IMG/VR virus record: IMGVR_UViG_3300006329_000001
Span: 64,001-128,000 of that record
DNA from: a virus
DNA: 64,000 nucleotides
Direction: 5' to 3' (one strand)
Positions within the stretch are counted from its first letter, which is position 1. Every line of letters starts with the position of its first letter. Both the position numbers and the translations under genes were made by a program. Positions 49,867-59,265 of this stretch are shown here, piece after piece. Under the pieces are notes generated by a model. That model searched no databases and was not told the DNA's origin. It worked only from the letters and a program-made list of their open reading frames with translations.

Positions 49867-51674
49867 GCTTAACCTCGAAATGCTTTTTAATTGTTAAATG
49901 TCTGACTATCTCAAATAATTTGTTATAGTCAACTCCTTCCCACTCTGTCCACTCTGAAACATAATCAGATTGAGATTTATCAAATCCTCCTTTTATTAAG
50001 GTAGGTGCTGACATTAATTCATTATTAGTATCGAACCAAAATGTTCTTCCGAACTCTTCAGATACTATATAATTCTCATCATTATAAAGTTTTCTGTTCA
50101 TTTAATCTGTCCTCCATTGGTTTTTTAAATTTACTGTTTGCATAGTCTTTAACTTCATTAACAACGTCATCAAAATGATCTTCCCAATAGTTAATACAAT
50201 CATCTATAAATTCTGTTTCTGATTGAGAATCTACATATCTATTCATGTCATCAATTACATAACTAACTAAATCTTTTACTGACATATTATCAACAATTCT
50301 ATCAACATAATGATATTTTAATTCTTGTAATTCTTCAGTTGTTAGTTTTGGATTTGTCATTTAATTGTCCTCCTCTAGTGATTGATCTAATTTAGTTTCA
50401 TCAGGTTGTTCAGTAAGTGATTCATCATAAACTCTGATTGATAATTCACCCATGTGATGATCTGGAAATCCGTTTCTATCAAGTGCTTCGCCCACTATTC
50501 CCCAGATTTTATGAACTTCGGCATCATTTAGATAGAGTGCCATGTTATAATAGAATTCATTTTGCATTGTCAAGTCTCTCCATAATGTGTGAATCGAAAG
50601 GGAAATTTGGATGTGTTTTTCTAACATCCTCTGCCCATATTTTGAGTTGTTTATCTGACATTAAACTCAATTCTGGTTCATGTCTGTTAAGCACTCTAGG
50701 CAATTTAAACCTATGAAATTGCGTTGTGTTACACATTTTCATCCTCATCTACTGTGAAGCGAACATATGTTAATCCTTCTGTTTGCTGAACAAATGAAGC
50801 ATCTAGGTCATGCTCTAAAACAAAATCAGTAATTAAACTTTCTAATTTTGATCTGGTTATGTAAGAAGTCATGTTACATCCTCTGGGTCAAATTGGTCAT
50901 AAACTGTTGCTGTTAGTTGCATATCCCACAATTCTGGATAGACATTTTGGGCATTTAAGGCATCTGAAAAAATCTCTGAGATCAATTCTAGTTTCTCTAC
51001 TGTGAGTAGAGGATAGATGTCAAATTGTATTGGTTCTTTAGTCTGCATCTTCATCTACCTCGATTGATCTCATGAACTGTGATGTAAACTCATCTAGTTT
51101 TTCTCTTGTTGTTATTCTGGAATCTGTTACCTTATCATCAGACTCACCAAAATAATAAAAGTATTTGTTTAGATTATTGATGAGATTTAAGAGTGCTATC
51201 TCATTTGTTGTGTAGTCGCTCATTAGTCTGCTGTTCCTCCATAATACTTGTAGTGGTCATCAATAGTTTCATCATTGTGGATGTAACCCTCGTCATCAAC
51301 ATAACCTGCATCCATGTAGTAATCAAGTTGTTCTCTGAGAGTTTGTTGCTCTTCATTGGTTAGTTTCTGAATGAAACCACCAACAACATCAGCAAGGAAA
51401 TCTGAATCTTTATGTGCTTGTCTTACTGTGTCTCTTGTGAGATCAGATAGATTGATTTCAGATTTGGGTGTTCTAGGTGTAATCATAATTCTGATAGATT
51501 TTGTAAGAGTAAGAACTCATACTGGATGTCCTCATCTTCTGGGTCAACACCATCAACTACCCATTCTTGGAATAGAGCATGAGCATTTTCGTATTGCTCA
51601 TTGGTTATTTGATGTGTAATAGACTTGAGAAGTGAGTCACCCATGTTGTCGATTAATGGTTGTCTGTCAATCAT
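49859..51674 (-). other. Run of small hypothetical early ORFs (49859-50101, 50082-50360, 50361-50567, 50557-50748, 50869-51054, 51038-51223, 51223-51486, 51483-51674)
   Basis: Tightly packed or overlapping minus-strand ORFs of 60-90 aa, mostly acidic, downstream of the promoter at about 51700. Confidence 0.6.
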
Positions 51675-51699
51675 GAGTGGTAGTTCTCTTGTGTATGAA

Positions 51700-51762
51700 C
51701 TAATTATAGTCTATTTTATGGTAGAATTCATTGTAATATGTGCGGTATTATTATTGGCACAC
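51700..51762 (-). promoter_or_regulatory. Early promoter of the same family
   Basis: Shares AAAATAGACTATAATTA and GTGCCAATAATAATA with cassette B. Confidence 0.65.
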
Positions 51763-52331
51763 TACCGAACATCCAAATTAAATGATAGAGTGGTTCTCTT
51801 AGTATCATTCTTTTGTAGGTGAACTCCATGACGTATGAAACTAGGAAATACTATCATATCACCTTGACGTATGGGTGGGTACATGATAGGGTCTTGTTTC
51901 ATGATATGAGTATAACCTGAGATAGTATGATCTAGATTCATATTCTCAAAATAGAATTTAGCATCCTTCTCAGCATCATAGTTAATGAATATCACACCAC
52001 TAAAATTGATGAACTCTGGAAATTGTATATGGTGATGTGGTTCTTGCCAATTACCTTGATTATATACATTTACCCAACTGTTAACTATTTTAATATTCAC
52101 CTCAGGTGGAAAATATTGATATAGATATGGTGCTAAGAATTGTCCTAACTCATCAGGTGGTATTATGTCATTCTCATCAAAGAATGTTGTAGTTGTATCA
52201 CAATTCCATTTATCCTTACTACTTGATAATAGATGAGAACAAGAATCAGTTAATTGTCCAAAAATATCACCATGATCTCTAATATGAACATGATGATATT
52301 TGATAGGGAATAAATCGTATGTATTCCTCAT
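51762..52331 (-). CDS. Fe(II)/2OG oxygenase, TIGR02466-like
   Basis: SWVNVY...QEPHHH, FSGVIFI, GDMIVFPSFIRHGV and RTTLSFN motifs. Confidence 0.82.
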   Translation of the reverse strand: MRNTYDLFPIKYHHVHIRDHGDIFGQLTDSCSHLLSSSKDKWNCDTTTTFFDENDIIPPDELGQFLAPYLYQYFPPEVNIKIVNSWVNVYNQGNWQEPHHHIQFPEFINFSGVIFINYDAEKDAKFYFENMNLDHTISGYTHIMKQDPIMYPPIRQGDMIVFPSFIRHGVHLQKNDTKRTTLSFNLDVR

Positions 52332-53509
52332 TAAATTGCTTCCCTTAGTCTTAAGTATGTGTTGGTAGAGGTTGCTAACTCTTTTGATTTAGCAGGTCTT
52401 CTCTCTCCCCATGCTAATAATACTTTCTTACCTTTATCCTTCTTCTCTCTTAATCCTTCGAACCTATCCTCATTTAATGCGTGCCATGCTCCATTTTTCT
52501 GAAGTGTGCAGGGTTGATTGATAGTTAGGATCACACCTTTTGGATCGCATATTTCATAGAATACTGATTGACCTCTAGCATATGTGTTAACATTAGTAGC
52601 ATTGCCTAGTCTCTCTTGTAACTTAGCATAATCCTTATTTGTTATGCTGAATAAGTAGTTTCCTTTACCTATGCACAATAAATGCTCATCAGATACAATA
52701 CCAGTTGCTTTTAATAGTCTCTTGAGTACTAACTTATTATCAATCTGGTTAACTGCTTCAGATATAGTTTGAGCAACTTGCTTACCAATAGATTTGCAAT
52801 CTGACTCCCATTGTGTCTTTACATCATCCCAGTATCTTGCTTGATCGCTATTGATGTAGAAATTACGAACTGCATCATTAATAGCATCTAATTGATGATA
52901 ATAACCCAATAATTGTGGTGCAATCTCTTCTACTAAATTATCTCTTACTTCTCTCTTACTACCTTTAAACTTCTTACCTTGAGCATCCTTATAAATTCCT
53001 GGTGAACAATTAGTATTGTCAAATAAGAAATTATTTAATGTGCTGTTAAATGTACCTGAGCATACTTGTATAGAATCAAATCCATTTTTGTAGTTCTTAA
53101 CTGATACTGATAACTGTTCACAATTATCAAATGTGATTAATAGATCACCTTTTAAATTCTTGTTTCTATACTCTGCATCTACACAAGTGAAGTAAAACTT
53201 TCTGTTAGGGAACTGATTAATAAACTCTGGTAATAGTTGATGTACTGTCTTATCAACATTTGTTTTATACTTAGAGGATAGGAACTTGCTTAATACTCCT
53301 CTCTCTGTACAATATGAAATCCACTCCTCTTCCTGAGTAGCAGAGCAATGTGAAATTGCAACATCATGATTCTCTGCGTGCTTTTGTAGTTCTGAAGCAA
53401 GATAGATTTCAGCAGCATCTTGGATGTAGTGATCTGTAGATGAACCTGCTCCTCTTTTTGTTTTTGTCATTGATTCGCCTTTGCAAATAGTGTTTATTAA
53501 TCTAACCAA
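52331..53509 (-). CDS. Putative PD-(D/E)XK restriction-like endonuclease (start probably 53470)
   Basis: N-terminal helix AAEIYLA, then KGDLLITF....LSVSVKNY, a D...SxK variant of the PD-(D/E)XK motif. Confidence 0.4.
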   Translation of the reverse strand: MVRLINTICKGESMTKTKRGAGSSTDHYIQDAAEIYLASELQKHAENHDVAISHCSATQEEEWISYCTERGVLSKFLSSKYKTNVDKTVHQLLPEFINQFPNRKFYFTCVDAEYRNKNLKGDLLITFDNCEQLSVSVKNYKNGFDSIQVCSGTFNSTLNNFLFDNTNCSPGIYKDAQGKKFKGSKREVRDNLVEEIAPQLLGYYHQLDAINDAVRNFYINSDQARYWDDVKTQWESDCKSIGKQVAQTISEAVNQIDNKLVLKRLLKATGIVSDEHLLCIGKGNYLFSITNKDYAKLQERLGNATNVNTYARGQSVFYEICDPKGVILTINQPCTLQKNGAWHALNEDRFEGLREKKDKGKKVLLAWGERRPAKSKELATSTNTYLRLREAI

Positions 53510-53778
53510 GAATCGTTTTCTGTAATCTTGAGTAGGTTGGGATTCTTTCGAACCTCATGTTGATAGTCTAACTCTTTATACAACTTATTGAGCAACTTTG
53601 TAACATAAGTTGATCTCTCTAATTTGTGTGATAATGAGAGTAGTTCCTCAACGTGCTGTTTACATTTTACAAGTGTAAAACATTCTTGGGTTGATACATC
53701 TATTTTACTATCCATTTGCAGAATAACCTCCTTGTGTTGTGATACTAGGTGAACTGTCCTTATGGTCAGCGATTGCAC
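53497..53778 (-). CDS. Hypothetical protein (start probably about 53715)
   Basis: ORF track; its 5' part overlaps the oxygenase. Confidence 0.5.
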   Translation of the reverse strand: MQSLTIRTVHLVSQHKEVILQMDSKIDVSTQECFTLVKCKQHVEELLSLSHKLERSTYVTKLLNKLYKELDYQHEVRKNPNLLKITENDSWLD

Positions 53779-54277
53779 CTAAACTGATTCTCATTTTATC
53801 ATGCACATAAGGTGGATTCCCCTTATGTATCATGCTACTATCAAATACTATTATTCTACCTTGTCTAAATCTAACTCTATCCCCAGTTATAAATTCTGTA
53901 TCACCTGATTCACCAAATGCGTGGTATATTATACTTGTTGCAGGTATGTGTCTATCATCATGTAATTGTGATTCCATATCAGGTGATTGAGCATTAACTA
54001 ATAACCTATGGATATGTGATATGGGTTTATCCTTACATATATCTTTCTTTATACATTCACAAAAATAACTAAAAAACCAATAGAATGGTGATGTATCACT
54101 AAAGTTATCATCCCTGATAACAGTATTTCCCCAAAACCTAGTCTCTTTATAATCACCATAAGGTGCATTATTATAGTACATAGGGCAATATTCAGTTATC
54201 CATTGTGCCACGTCATCAACAATCCAATCAGGAAAATATCCATCAATGACCTTGACACCTTTAATATTATATGTCAT
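53708..54277 (-). CDS. Fe(II)/2OG oxygenase (prolyl-hydroxylase-like)
   Basis: HDD (HxD), GDTEF, GRIIVFDSSMIHKG and RISL motifs. Confidence 0.8.
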   Translation of the reverse strand: MTYNIKGVKVIDGYFPDWIVDDVAQWITEYCPMYYNNAPYGDYKETRFWGNTVIRDDNFSDTSPFYWFFSYFCECIKKDICKDKPISHIHRLLVNAQSPDMESQLHDDRHIPATSIIYHAFGESGDTEFITGDRVRFRQGRIIVFDSSMIHKGNPPYVHDKMRISLGAIADHKDSSPSITTQGGYSANG

Positions 54278-54909
54278 GCTATATCTCTCCTTATCTCTTC
54301 TTGAGTTGGGATATACTTATTACCTGTTAACCTAAAGTTAGCAGATATAGTAATACGTTTATGTTCTGATTTTTGCATACTTACTTGATGATGTTGGTAG
54401 GCAGGGAATATAATAATATCCCCTTCTTTGACCTCAGGAAACCATGTAGTATGTACTGGGTAGTATTTACTAAAGTTACCTAAATGTACCTTTTGGTCAG
54501 GATGATAAAATATAAAATTAGCATCCTCCTCAGGTATATAGTCTAAGAAATATGCACAACTAAATGTACAATCATCCCCACCTGCGTGAGTATGTACATC
54601 TTGCATATCTCCCTGATTATATACATTAATCCATGACTCAAACATACTTATTCTATTGTTGACATCACCACCTAATTTCATGTGCATATCCATGAGACTA
54701 TCTTGTATTGCCTTCTCAAAAACATCCCATGAAAAGTCTGTTAGATTTGTATTACTATCAAAACTGGATGATAGGTTACAATTCCACTCACTTGGATTAT
54801 TTAATTGTGCATCATCTAATTCTTTAAGAAATAATCTCTTAAGGTATTGATGACTTGGCACTTCTCCATGATAATAAAATCCTGGAAATAGTGCCTTAAT
54901 GTCTCCCAT
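54274..54909 (-). CDS. Fe(II)/2OG oxygenase, TIGR02466-like
   Basis: SWINVY...QDVHTH, FSCAYFL, EGDIIIFPAYQHHQV and RITISANF motifs. Confidence 0.82.
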   Translation of the reverse strand: MGDIKALFPGFYYHGEVPSHQYLKRLFLKELDDAQLNNPSEWNCNLSSSFDSNTNLTDFSWDVFEKAIQDSLMDMHMKLGGDVNNRISMFESWINVYNQGDMQDVHTHAGGDDCTFSCAYFLDYIPEEDANFIFYHPDQKVHLGNFSKYYPVHTTWFPEVKEGDIIIFPAYQHHQVSMQKSEHKRITISANFRLTGNKYIPTQEEIRRDIA

Positions 54910-54910
54910 G

Positions 54911-56146
54911 TTATGTTACTAAAGAAACTGGTGGTTGTCCATCAACAAATATAGCATCAACAACTTTCTGTAGTCTCTTGATGATATGTTTAGTCTTAGG
55001 ATGTACTGGTACTGTTACATAACCTGTTGGTTTATTGTATAGTTTCCAGTTCATAGGTGCTAACTCACCTGAGTTGATTCTATTACGATCATCACTATCT
55101 AGTCTAATAACCCGACCTATAGTCTGTGCCATTTCGACAACTGATAAGTAACGTAACATAATAGTATGAGTCAAACCAGATACGTTAATGCCCTCTGAAA
55201 GTATGCTGTAATGAAAGCATATAAAGGATATTGTAGCATCTTTTGACCACTCATGCAATGTTTTAAGGAACTCATGACGTGAGACTTTCTTGTCATTAAC
55301 GTATGCACCAAATTTACTGGTAACGTGTAATACATTGATGTCTCTCTCTTTTAGTTCCTCTAAGAGTGAAGTATGTCCTAACATATGACCTAATACCTTA
55401 GAACTAGGAACTGATACTAATACCTTAAGAATACCATCATCATAAGCATTATCAATGATGTCTATTATACTATCTTGTGCAGGTTTTTCTGTATTAAATG
55501 GAACAATAGTAGGTGGTAGTATAGTTCCACTCTCTATTAATTCTTGTGCCTTTACATTGCAAATAGTATTACCATAGACATCAACATTATTCATACCTCT
55601 TTCATGCTTACGAGATATACGAGGTGTTGCTGTAAAGAAATAGTTGCGTGTAGCATATTCTGAGAAGTATTTGGTACTCTCAAAGAATGATCTCGCTACA
55701 CTATTATGTGATTCATCATAATATACTGTATCAACCTCAACATCTAAACACTCTTGTATCTTGTGAAGTGAATGATATGTTGTAAATATCAGTTGATTAT
55801 TGATGCTATTGTGAAACCATTGTGTGATCTCATCATGCTTAGTAGTATTAAGGTATTCACTCTTACCACTATGAACATGTAATACATCAGCATCACAATA
55901 TTCCATGAAATCTCTGCATAGTTGTTGTGCCAATAATATACGAGGGGCGACTACAACTAAAGTCTGTGGGATGCTTTTTGAGAACTGGTTTAGAGCATCC
56001 TGTATCATAATATATGTTTTGCCTCCACCAGTAGGCACTATGATTTGACCTTTATCATCCGATACCATAGAGTCTAATGCCCTCTGTTGATGTGGTCGTA
56101 ATGAAATAGTCAATGAATTAATAATGTAATAATTTAATTGTACCAA
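54911..56146 (-). CDS. SF2 DEAD/DEAH-like helicase (type III restriction Res-like)
   Basis: LRPHQ, PTGGGKT (Walker A), DESH, TATP, LSEGINV and QTIGRVIR motifs. Confidence 0.85.
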   Translation of the reverse strand: MVQLNYYIINSLTISLRPHQQRALDSMVSDDKGQIIVPTGGGKTYIMIQDALNQFSKSIPQTLVVVAPRILLAQQLCRDFMEYCDADVLHVHSGKSEYLNTTKHDEITQWFHNSINNQLIFTTYHSLHKIQECLDVEVDTVYYDESHNSVARSFFESTKYFSEYATRNYFFTATPRISRKHERGMNNVDVYGNTICNVKAQELIESGTILPPTIVPFNTEKPAQDSIIDIIDNAYDDGILKVLVSVPSSKVLGHMLGHTSLLEELKERDINVLHVTSKFGAYVNDKKVSRHEFLKTLHEWSKDATISFICFHYSILSEGINVSGLTHTIMLRYLSVVEMAQTIGRVIRLDSDDRNRINSGELAPMNWKLYNKPTGYVTVPVHPKTKHIIKRLQKVVDAIFVDGQPPVSLVT

Positions 56147-56147
56147 T

Positions 56148-56173
56148 AAAAAAGCACCTGTGTAAAGGTGCTT
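56148..56173 (-). terminator. Rho-independent terminator-like hairpin embedded in a promoter region
   Basis: The minus strand reads AAGCACCT-ttacac-AGGTGCTT-TTTT, just after the 56181 stop and followed by a TACAAT -10-like box. Confidence 0.7.
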
Positions 56174-56180
56174 GTGACAG

Positions 56181-56477
56181 TTACTTAATTGCTACTCTGT
56201 CAGGAACTTTGATGCCTGTATTCATAACAAAGTTAACTACAAATGCTTCTAGGTATATTAGAGGTAGTATAACAAAATCAATACCTGATAGTTTGGATAG
56301 ATCAGGGGATGTTGTCTTGGGTTCTACCTTAATAACCTCAACTTTAGGTTTCGCAGGTGTTGTCTTGCGTGTCCTTCTTTTGCGAGGTGTTGTAGGTGTT
56401 GTCAATGTAGATAATAATAAATGACGAGAGAAAACAAAACGATTAACTGAGAGGTTCGACTTAAAGACCTGTTCCAC
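56181..56477 (-). CDS. Hypothetical protein (basic Thr/Pro-rich N-part, hydrophobic C-part)
   Basis: ORF track; start uncertain. Confidence 0.5.
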   Translation of the reverse strand: MEQVFKSNLSVNRFVFSRHLLLSTLTTPTTPRKRRTRKTTPAKPKVEVIKVEPKTTSPDLSKLSGIDFVILPLIYLEAFVVNFVMNTGIKVPDRVAIK

Positions 56478-56600
56478 CTCGTTTTAACTATGCTAGTTAA
56501 ATCTTTAGTCATCTAATGACTTAAGGGATGAGATCACCCATGCCTCAGTAGGTGGTTTGTTTTCCCATTTATATATTACCACAAGGTCAACCCATTGCAA

Positions 56601-56786
56601 TCATGCTTGTGCCAGTTTGTTGACCTGTCCACACTTACAATCGGGGCAATCGATCTCTGATCGGTAACCTTCCAGTTTATTCAGTAGGTTTCCCAGTTCT
56701 AAACCATTTTGACAATAGTTCCCCATTGTCTTGCGAACTGTATCAATCATAAGATCAGTTTCTTGCTGACTAAAAACATATCTCAT
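56601..56786 (-). CDS. Hypothetical protein (MRYVFSQQE...)
   Basis: ORF-track entry shortened to the ATG that overlaps the upstream stop. Confidence 0.5.
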   Translation of the reverse strand: MRYVFSQQETDLMIDTVRKTMGNYCQNGLELGNLLNKLEGYRSEIDCPDCKCGQVNKLAQA

Positions 56787-56938
56787 AGTAGTATTGCTCC
56801 AATAATAAATCCTTTGCCAAATGCTAGGCATAACATTTGATAGTCTGTTAGATTCCACTTAACTTGTATCTTCTTAGCAAGTGCTTTATCCCAATCTTTA
56901 ATTTTAGTCAGGGCATTACCCAAGTTAAAATTATACAT
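56783..56938 (-). CDS. Small membrane protein (MYNFNLGNALTKIKDWDKALAKKIQVKWNLTDYQMLCLAFGKGFIIGAILL)
   Basis: Hand-translated 51 aa with a strong AGGAGG RBS and a C-terminal hydrophobic helix. Confidence 0.65.
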   Translation of the reverse strand: MYNFNLGNALTKIKDWDKALAKKIQVKWNLTDYQMLCLAFGKGFIIGAILL

Positions 56939-56956
56939 AAGTGTCCTCCTAAAATA

Positions 56957-57304
56957 CTATTTATTCTCAGGTTCTTTACCAGTTATTTCTTTTGGCAAAT
57001 CCTCATTTCCAGGATGTTCTCTTATATAACCAGTATAATTTTTCTTGTTGTGGAAATGGGTGTCCTCCATCCATAAATCATCCCATTGATGTGCATAAAC
57101 TAATACTTTTACCTGTCTCTTGCCGTTCATAGTCTCTGGGTCATCCCACTCATGTGTAACGACAGTAATATATTGATCTGATATGAAATCAATATAACCT
57201 TCCTCTCCGTCAGGTGTCTTGACTCTCATACCCTTCTCAAGTGACTTGAGTATGTTTCTTAATTCCAATCTTACAGACTCCGATAGAAAAATAGGTGTAC
57301 TCAT
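56957..57304 (-). CDS. Hypothetical protein (SH3-like beta pattern)
   Basis: 115 aa; KGMRVKTPDGEEGYIDFISDQYITV. Confidence 0.6.
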   Translation of the reverse strand: MSTPIFLSESVRLELRNILKSLEKGMRVKTPDGEEGYIDFISDQYITVVTHEWDDPETMNGKRQVKVLVYAHQWDDLWMEDTHFHNKKNYTGYIREHPGNEDLPKEITGKEPENK

Positions 57305-57906
57305 AATTTTAGTAGTGAAGTTGGATTACCAAAATCACCCTTAAGAAATATATTAAATGCTAGTGAGTATCTCTCTCGCATTATTTGATTAGGTGTAACT
57401 AGATGCACTAAAGAACTGGGGAACATTACCACCATGCCATCCTTAGGTTGTATTGTCCATTGCTTACTATTATATAGATTACCTGTTTTGATACGAGGTG
57501 CAACCATACAATAAGATTGATCTCTGAATACTAAATCACCACATCTTTCATGTGTTTGTAGATAACAAATACCACTAAACATGCTGTTGCGGTGGGAATG
57601 GTCATGTGTTTTCTCTTGGAATTTATGTCTATTAATCCATGAGCAAGTATATGTTATTTCATGACATCTTTCATCAATTCCTAATACTTTCCATACATAT
57701 TCTTCCACATGATATTGTAACCAATCTCTAAATTTAGGTAGTTTATTCAGAACATTCATTTCGAATGTCTGACTACCTTCTCTTGGTGCTTTGTGATACT
57801 CCCATCCCTCAATGTCTCTAATAATATTAGGCATTGATGGGTCTTCTGCAACATATACAGGGGATGAGAACAGAGGTAGTATATCAGTTCTTACTGAAGT
57901 TCGCAT
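57301..57906 (-). CDS. Fe(II)/2OG oxygenase, TIGR02466-like
   Basis: SWINRH, HDHSHRNSMFSGICYL, GMVVMFPSSLVHLV and RYSLAFN motifs. Confidence 0.85.
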   Translation of the reverse strand: MRTSVRTDILPLFSSPVYVAEDPSMPNIIRDIEGWEYHKAPREGSQTFEMNVLNKLPKFRDWLQYHVEEYVWKVLGIDERCHEITYTCSWINRHKFQEKTHDHSHRNSMFSGICYLQTHERCGDLVFRDQSYCMVAPRIKTGNLYNSKQWTIQPKDGMVVMFPSSLVHLVTPNQIMRERYSLAFNIFLKGDFGNPTSLLKL

Positions 57907-58372
57907 TGATTAGAATCCTATTCTTGTGTTCACTTGGAGAATGACCAGTATGTTCTATCTTGCCATCAAATAATAATAGTCTGTTCGCTTTCGGTTCTAC
58001 TTGCCATGTAATTCCTTCTTCTTTTAGTAGGGTGTTGCCATCACTATCATTAACATAGTATATACACACCCAATGTGGTTCTTTCTCATCAACGTGCCAC
58101 CCATGTCTATACCCATTTGGATTAAGTATTGTCATGTCTGCTCTAACCCTCAAGACATTTCGGGCATTTAGGGCAGATTCCATCATTTCTACGAGGTGTG
58201 CAAATATGGGGTGTTCCTCAGCAGTTAACCAATGATTAAAACCAAATGCTTGTAGGTCATCATTACCATAGGTTAAAGTTTGTTGCATAAACCAAGGGAA
58301 CTCCCATGATGTCATGTAATCATGTAGTTCTTTCCATTTGTCATGATCGAGGAAGTTATCCTCAATCTTCAT
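57884..58372 (-). CDS. Fe(II)/2OG oxygenase (HxD type)
   Basis: WHVD, IYYVNDSDGNT, NRLLLFDGKIEHTG and RILINANF motifs. Start moved to MKIEDNF because a separate 58-aa ORF occupies about 58360-58536. Confidence 0.8.
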   Translation of the reverse strand: MKIEDNFLDHDKWKELHDYMTSWEFPWFMQQTLTYGNDDLQAFGFNHWLTAEEHPIFAHLVEMMESALNARNVLRVRADMTILNPNGYRHGWHVDEKEPHWVCIYYVNDSDGNTLLKEEGITWQVEPKANRLLLFDGKIEHTGHSPSEHKNRILINANFSKN

Positions 58373-58566
58373 GCTTGAGATGTAAGGCGGACGCAATTTC
58401 ATCTATCAGTTCACGTTGTTCTTCTGGAAGTTTTCCCAACTTATTATACCATTCTTTTTGTAATAAGAAAAGTGCCTTAGTTAATGTTTGTTTATGCTTC
58501 TGCTGTAGAGTCAAACACTCTACTGCTATTGATGTCATGATGCCCCCACATGCGGATTAATACTAT

Positions 58567-59265
58567 TTAGAATAGTTGATACGATTCCCGATCACTACAC
58601 TCACACCTCTTAGGACACCAGATAGGTACTGATATTGAGAGTCTCTTCTTAGAGGGATATGCTTTGTGTAGTTTCCTTTGTGGCAAGTATAGCACATCTC
58701 CCGCTTTAAGCACAGTATCCAACTGAATTGTTAGTTCATCCTGACTTGGTACATGTGGGTACTCTTCTGTGCTTGGTATCAATGCACTTGCTCTGTTCTC
58801 ATACACTACCCATCTAGTCTCACCATCCATCTGCATAATATAAGTTGGACCTTGATCCCAATGTGGATGAAATGATTTTGCTTGTGGTCTTGTACCTAAG
58901 TTCATAAAGATATGACAGTCAGCACACCCATCAAATCTAGTCTCGAACTCAGTTAATAGTTCTTCTACCTTACTATTACCATGACCATACTGTGATATAT
59001 TTACTGTCCATCCATCCTTTGCATACGCAAATAGATCAGTCTTCTTATATACTCCCTTATAAAACCATGGTTCTTCTACTGTCTCTAAATCTATTCTCTT
59101 ACCATCATCACCTAATACTGTAGTGATGTAATTCCATGGGGCATTTAGGGCATTTTCTGCATCCTCCCATGTGACTATCTGACCTACAGCATTATGCCAT
59201 ACTCTAGGTTCATCATTATATTTGTAGACCTCAGGGTCAAGAAATTCGTAGTTTAAAATTGACAT
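58567..59265 (-). CDS. JmjC/cupin-4 (RoxA-like) Fe(II)/2OG oxygenase
   Basis: SFHPHWD...YIMQMDGETRWVVY and LKAGDVLYLPQRKLHKA...RLSISV motifs. Confidence 0.8.
   Translation of the reverse strand: MSILNYEFLDPEVYKYNDEPRVWHNAVGQIVTWEDAENALNAPWNYITTVLGDDGKRIDLETVEEPWFYKGVYKKTDLFAYAKDGWTVNISQYGHGNSKVEELLTEFETRFDGCADCHIFMNLGTRPQAKSFHPHWDQGPTYIMQMDGETRWVVYENRASALIPSTEEYPHVPSQDELTIQLDTVLKAGDVLYLPQRKLHKAYPSKKRLSISVPIWCPKRCECSDRESYQLF

Noticed and set aside
54911-56146. Helicase as T4 UvsW or part of a complete type III R-M system
   Set aside because: It lacks the usual UvsW context (head/tail-completion region), and no Mod methyltransferase is adjacent, so it is kept as a generic SF2 helicase.
44340-56600. 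tRNA or structured ncRNA genes in intergenic gaps (44345-44500, 49300-49545, 56480-56600)
   Set aside because: No cloverleaf with T-loop GTTCRA in proper context was recognised; a tRNAscan/Infernal run would be needed to exclude them formally.
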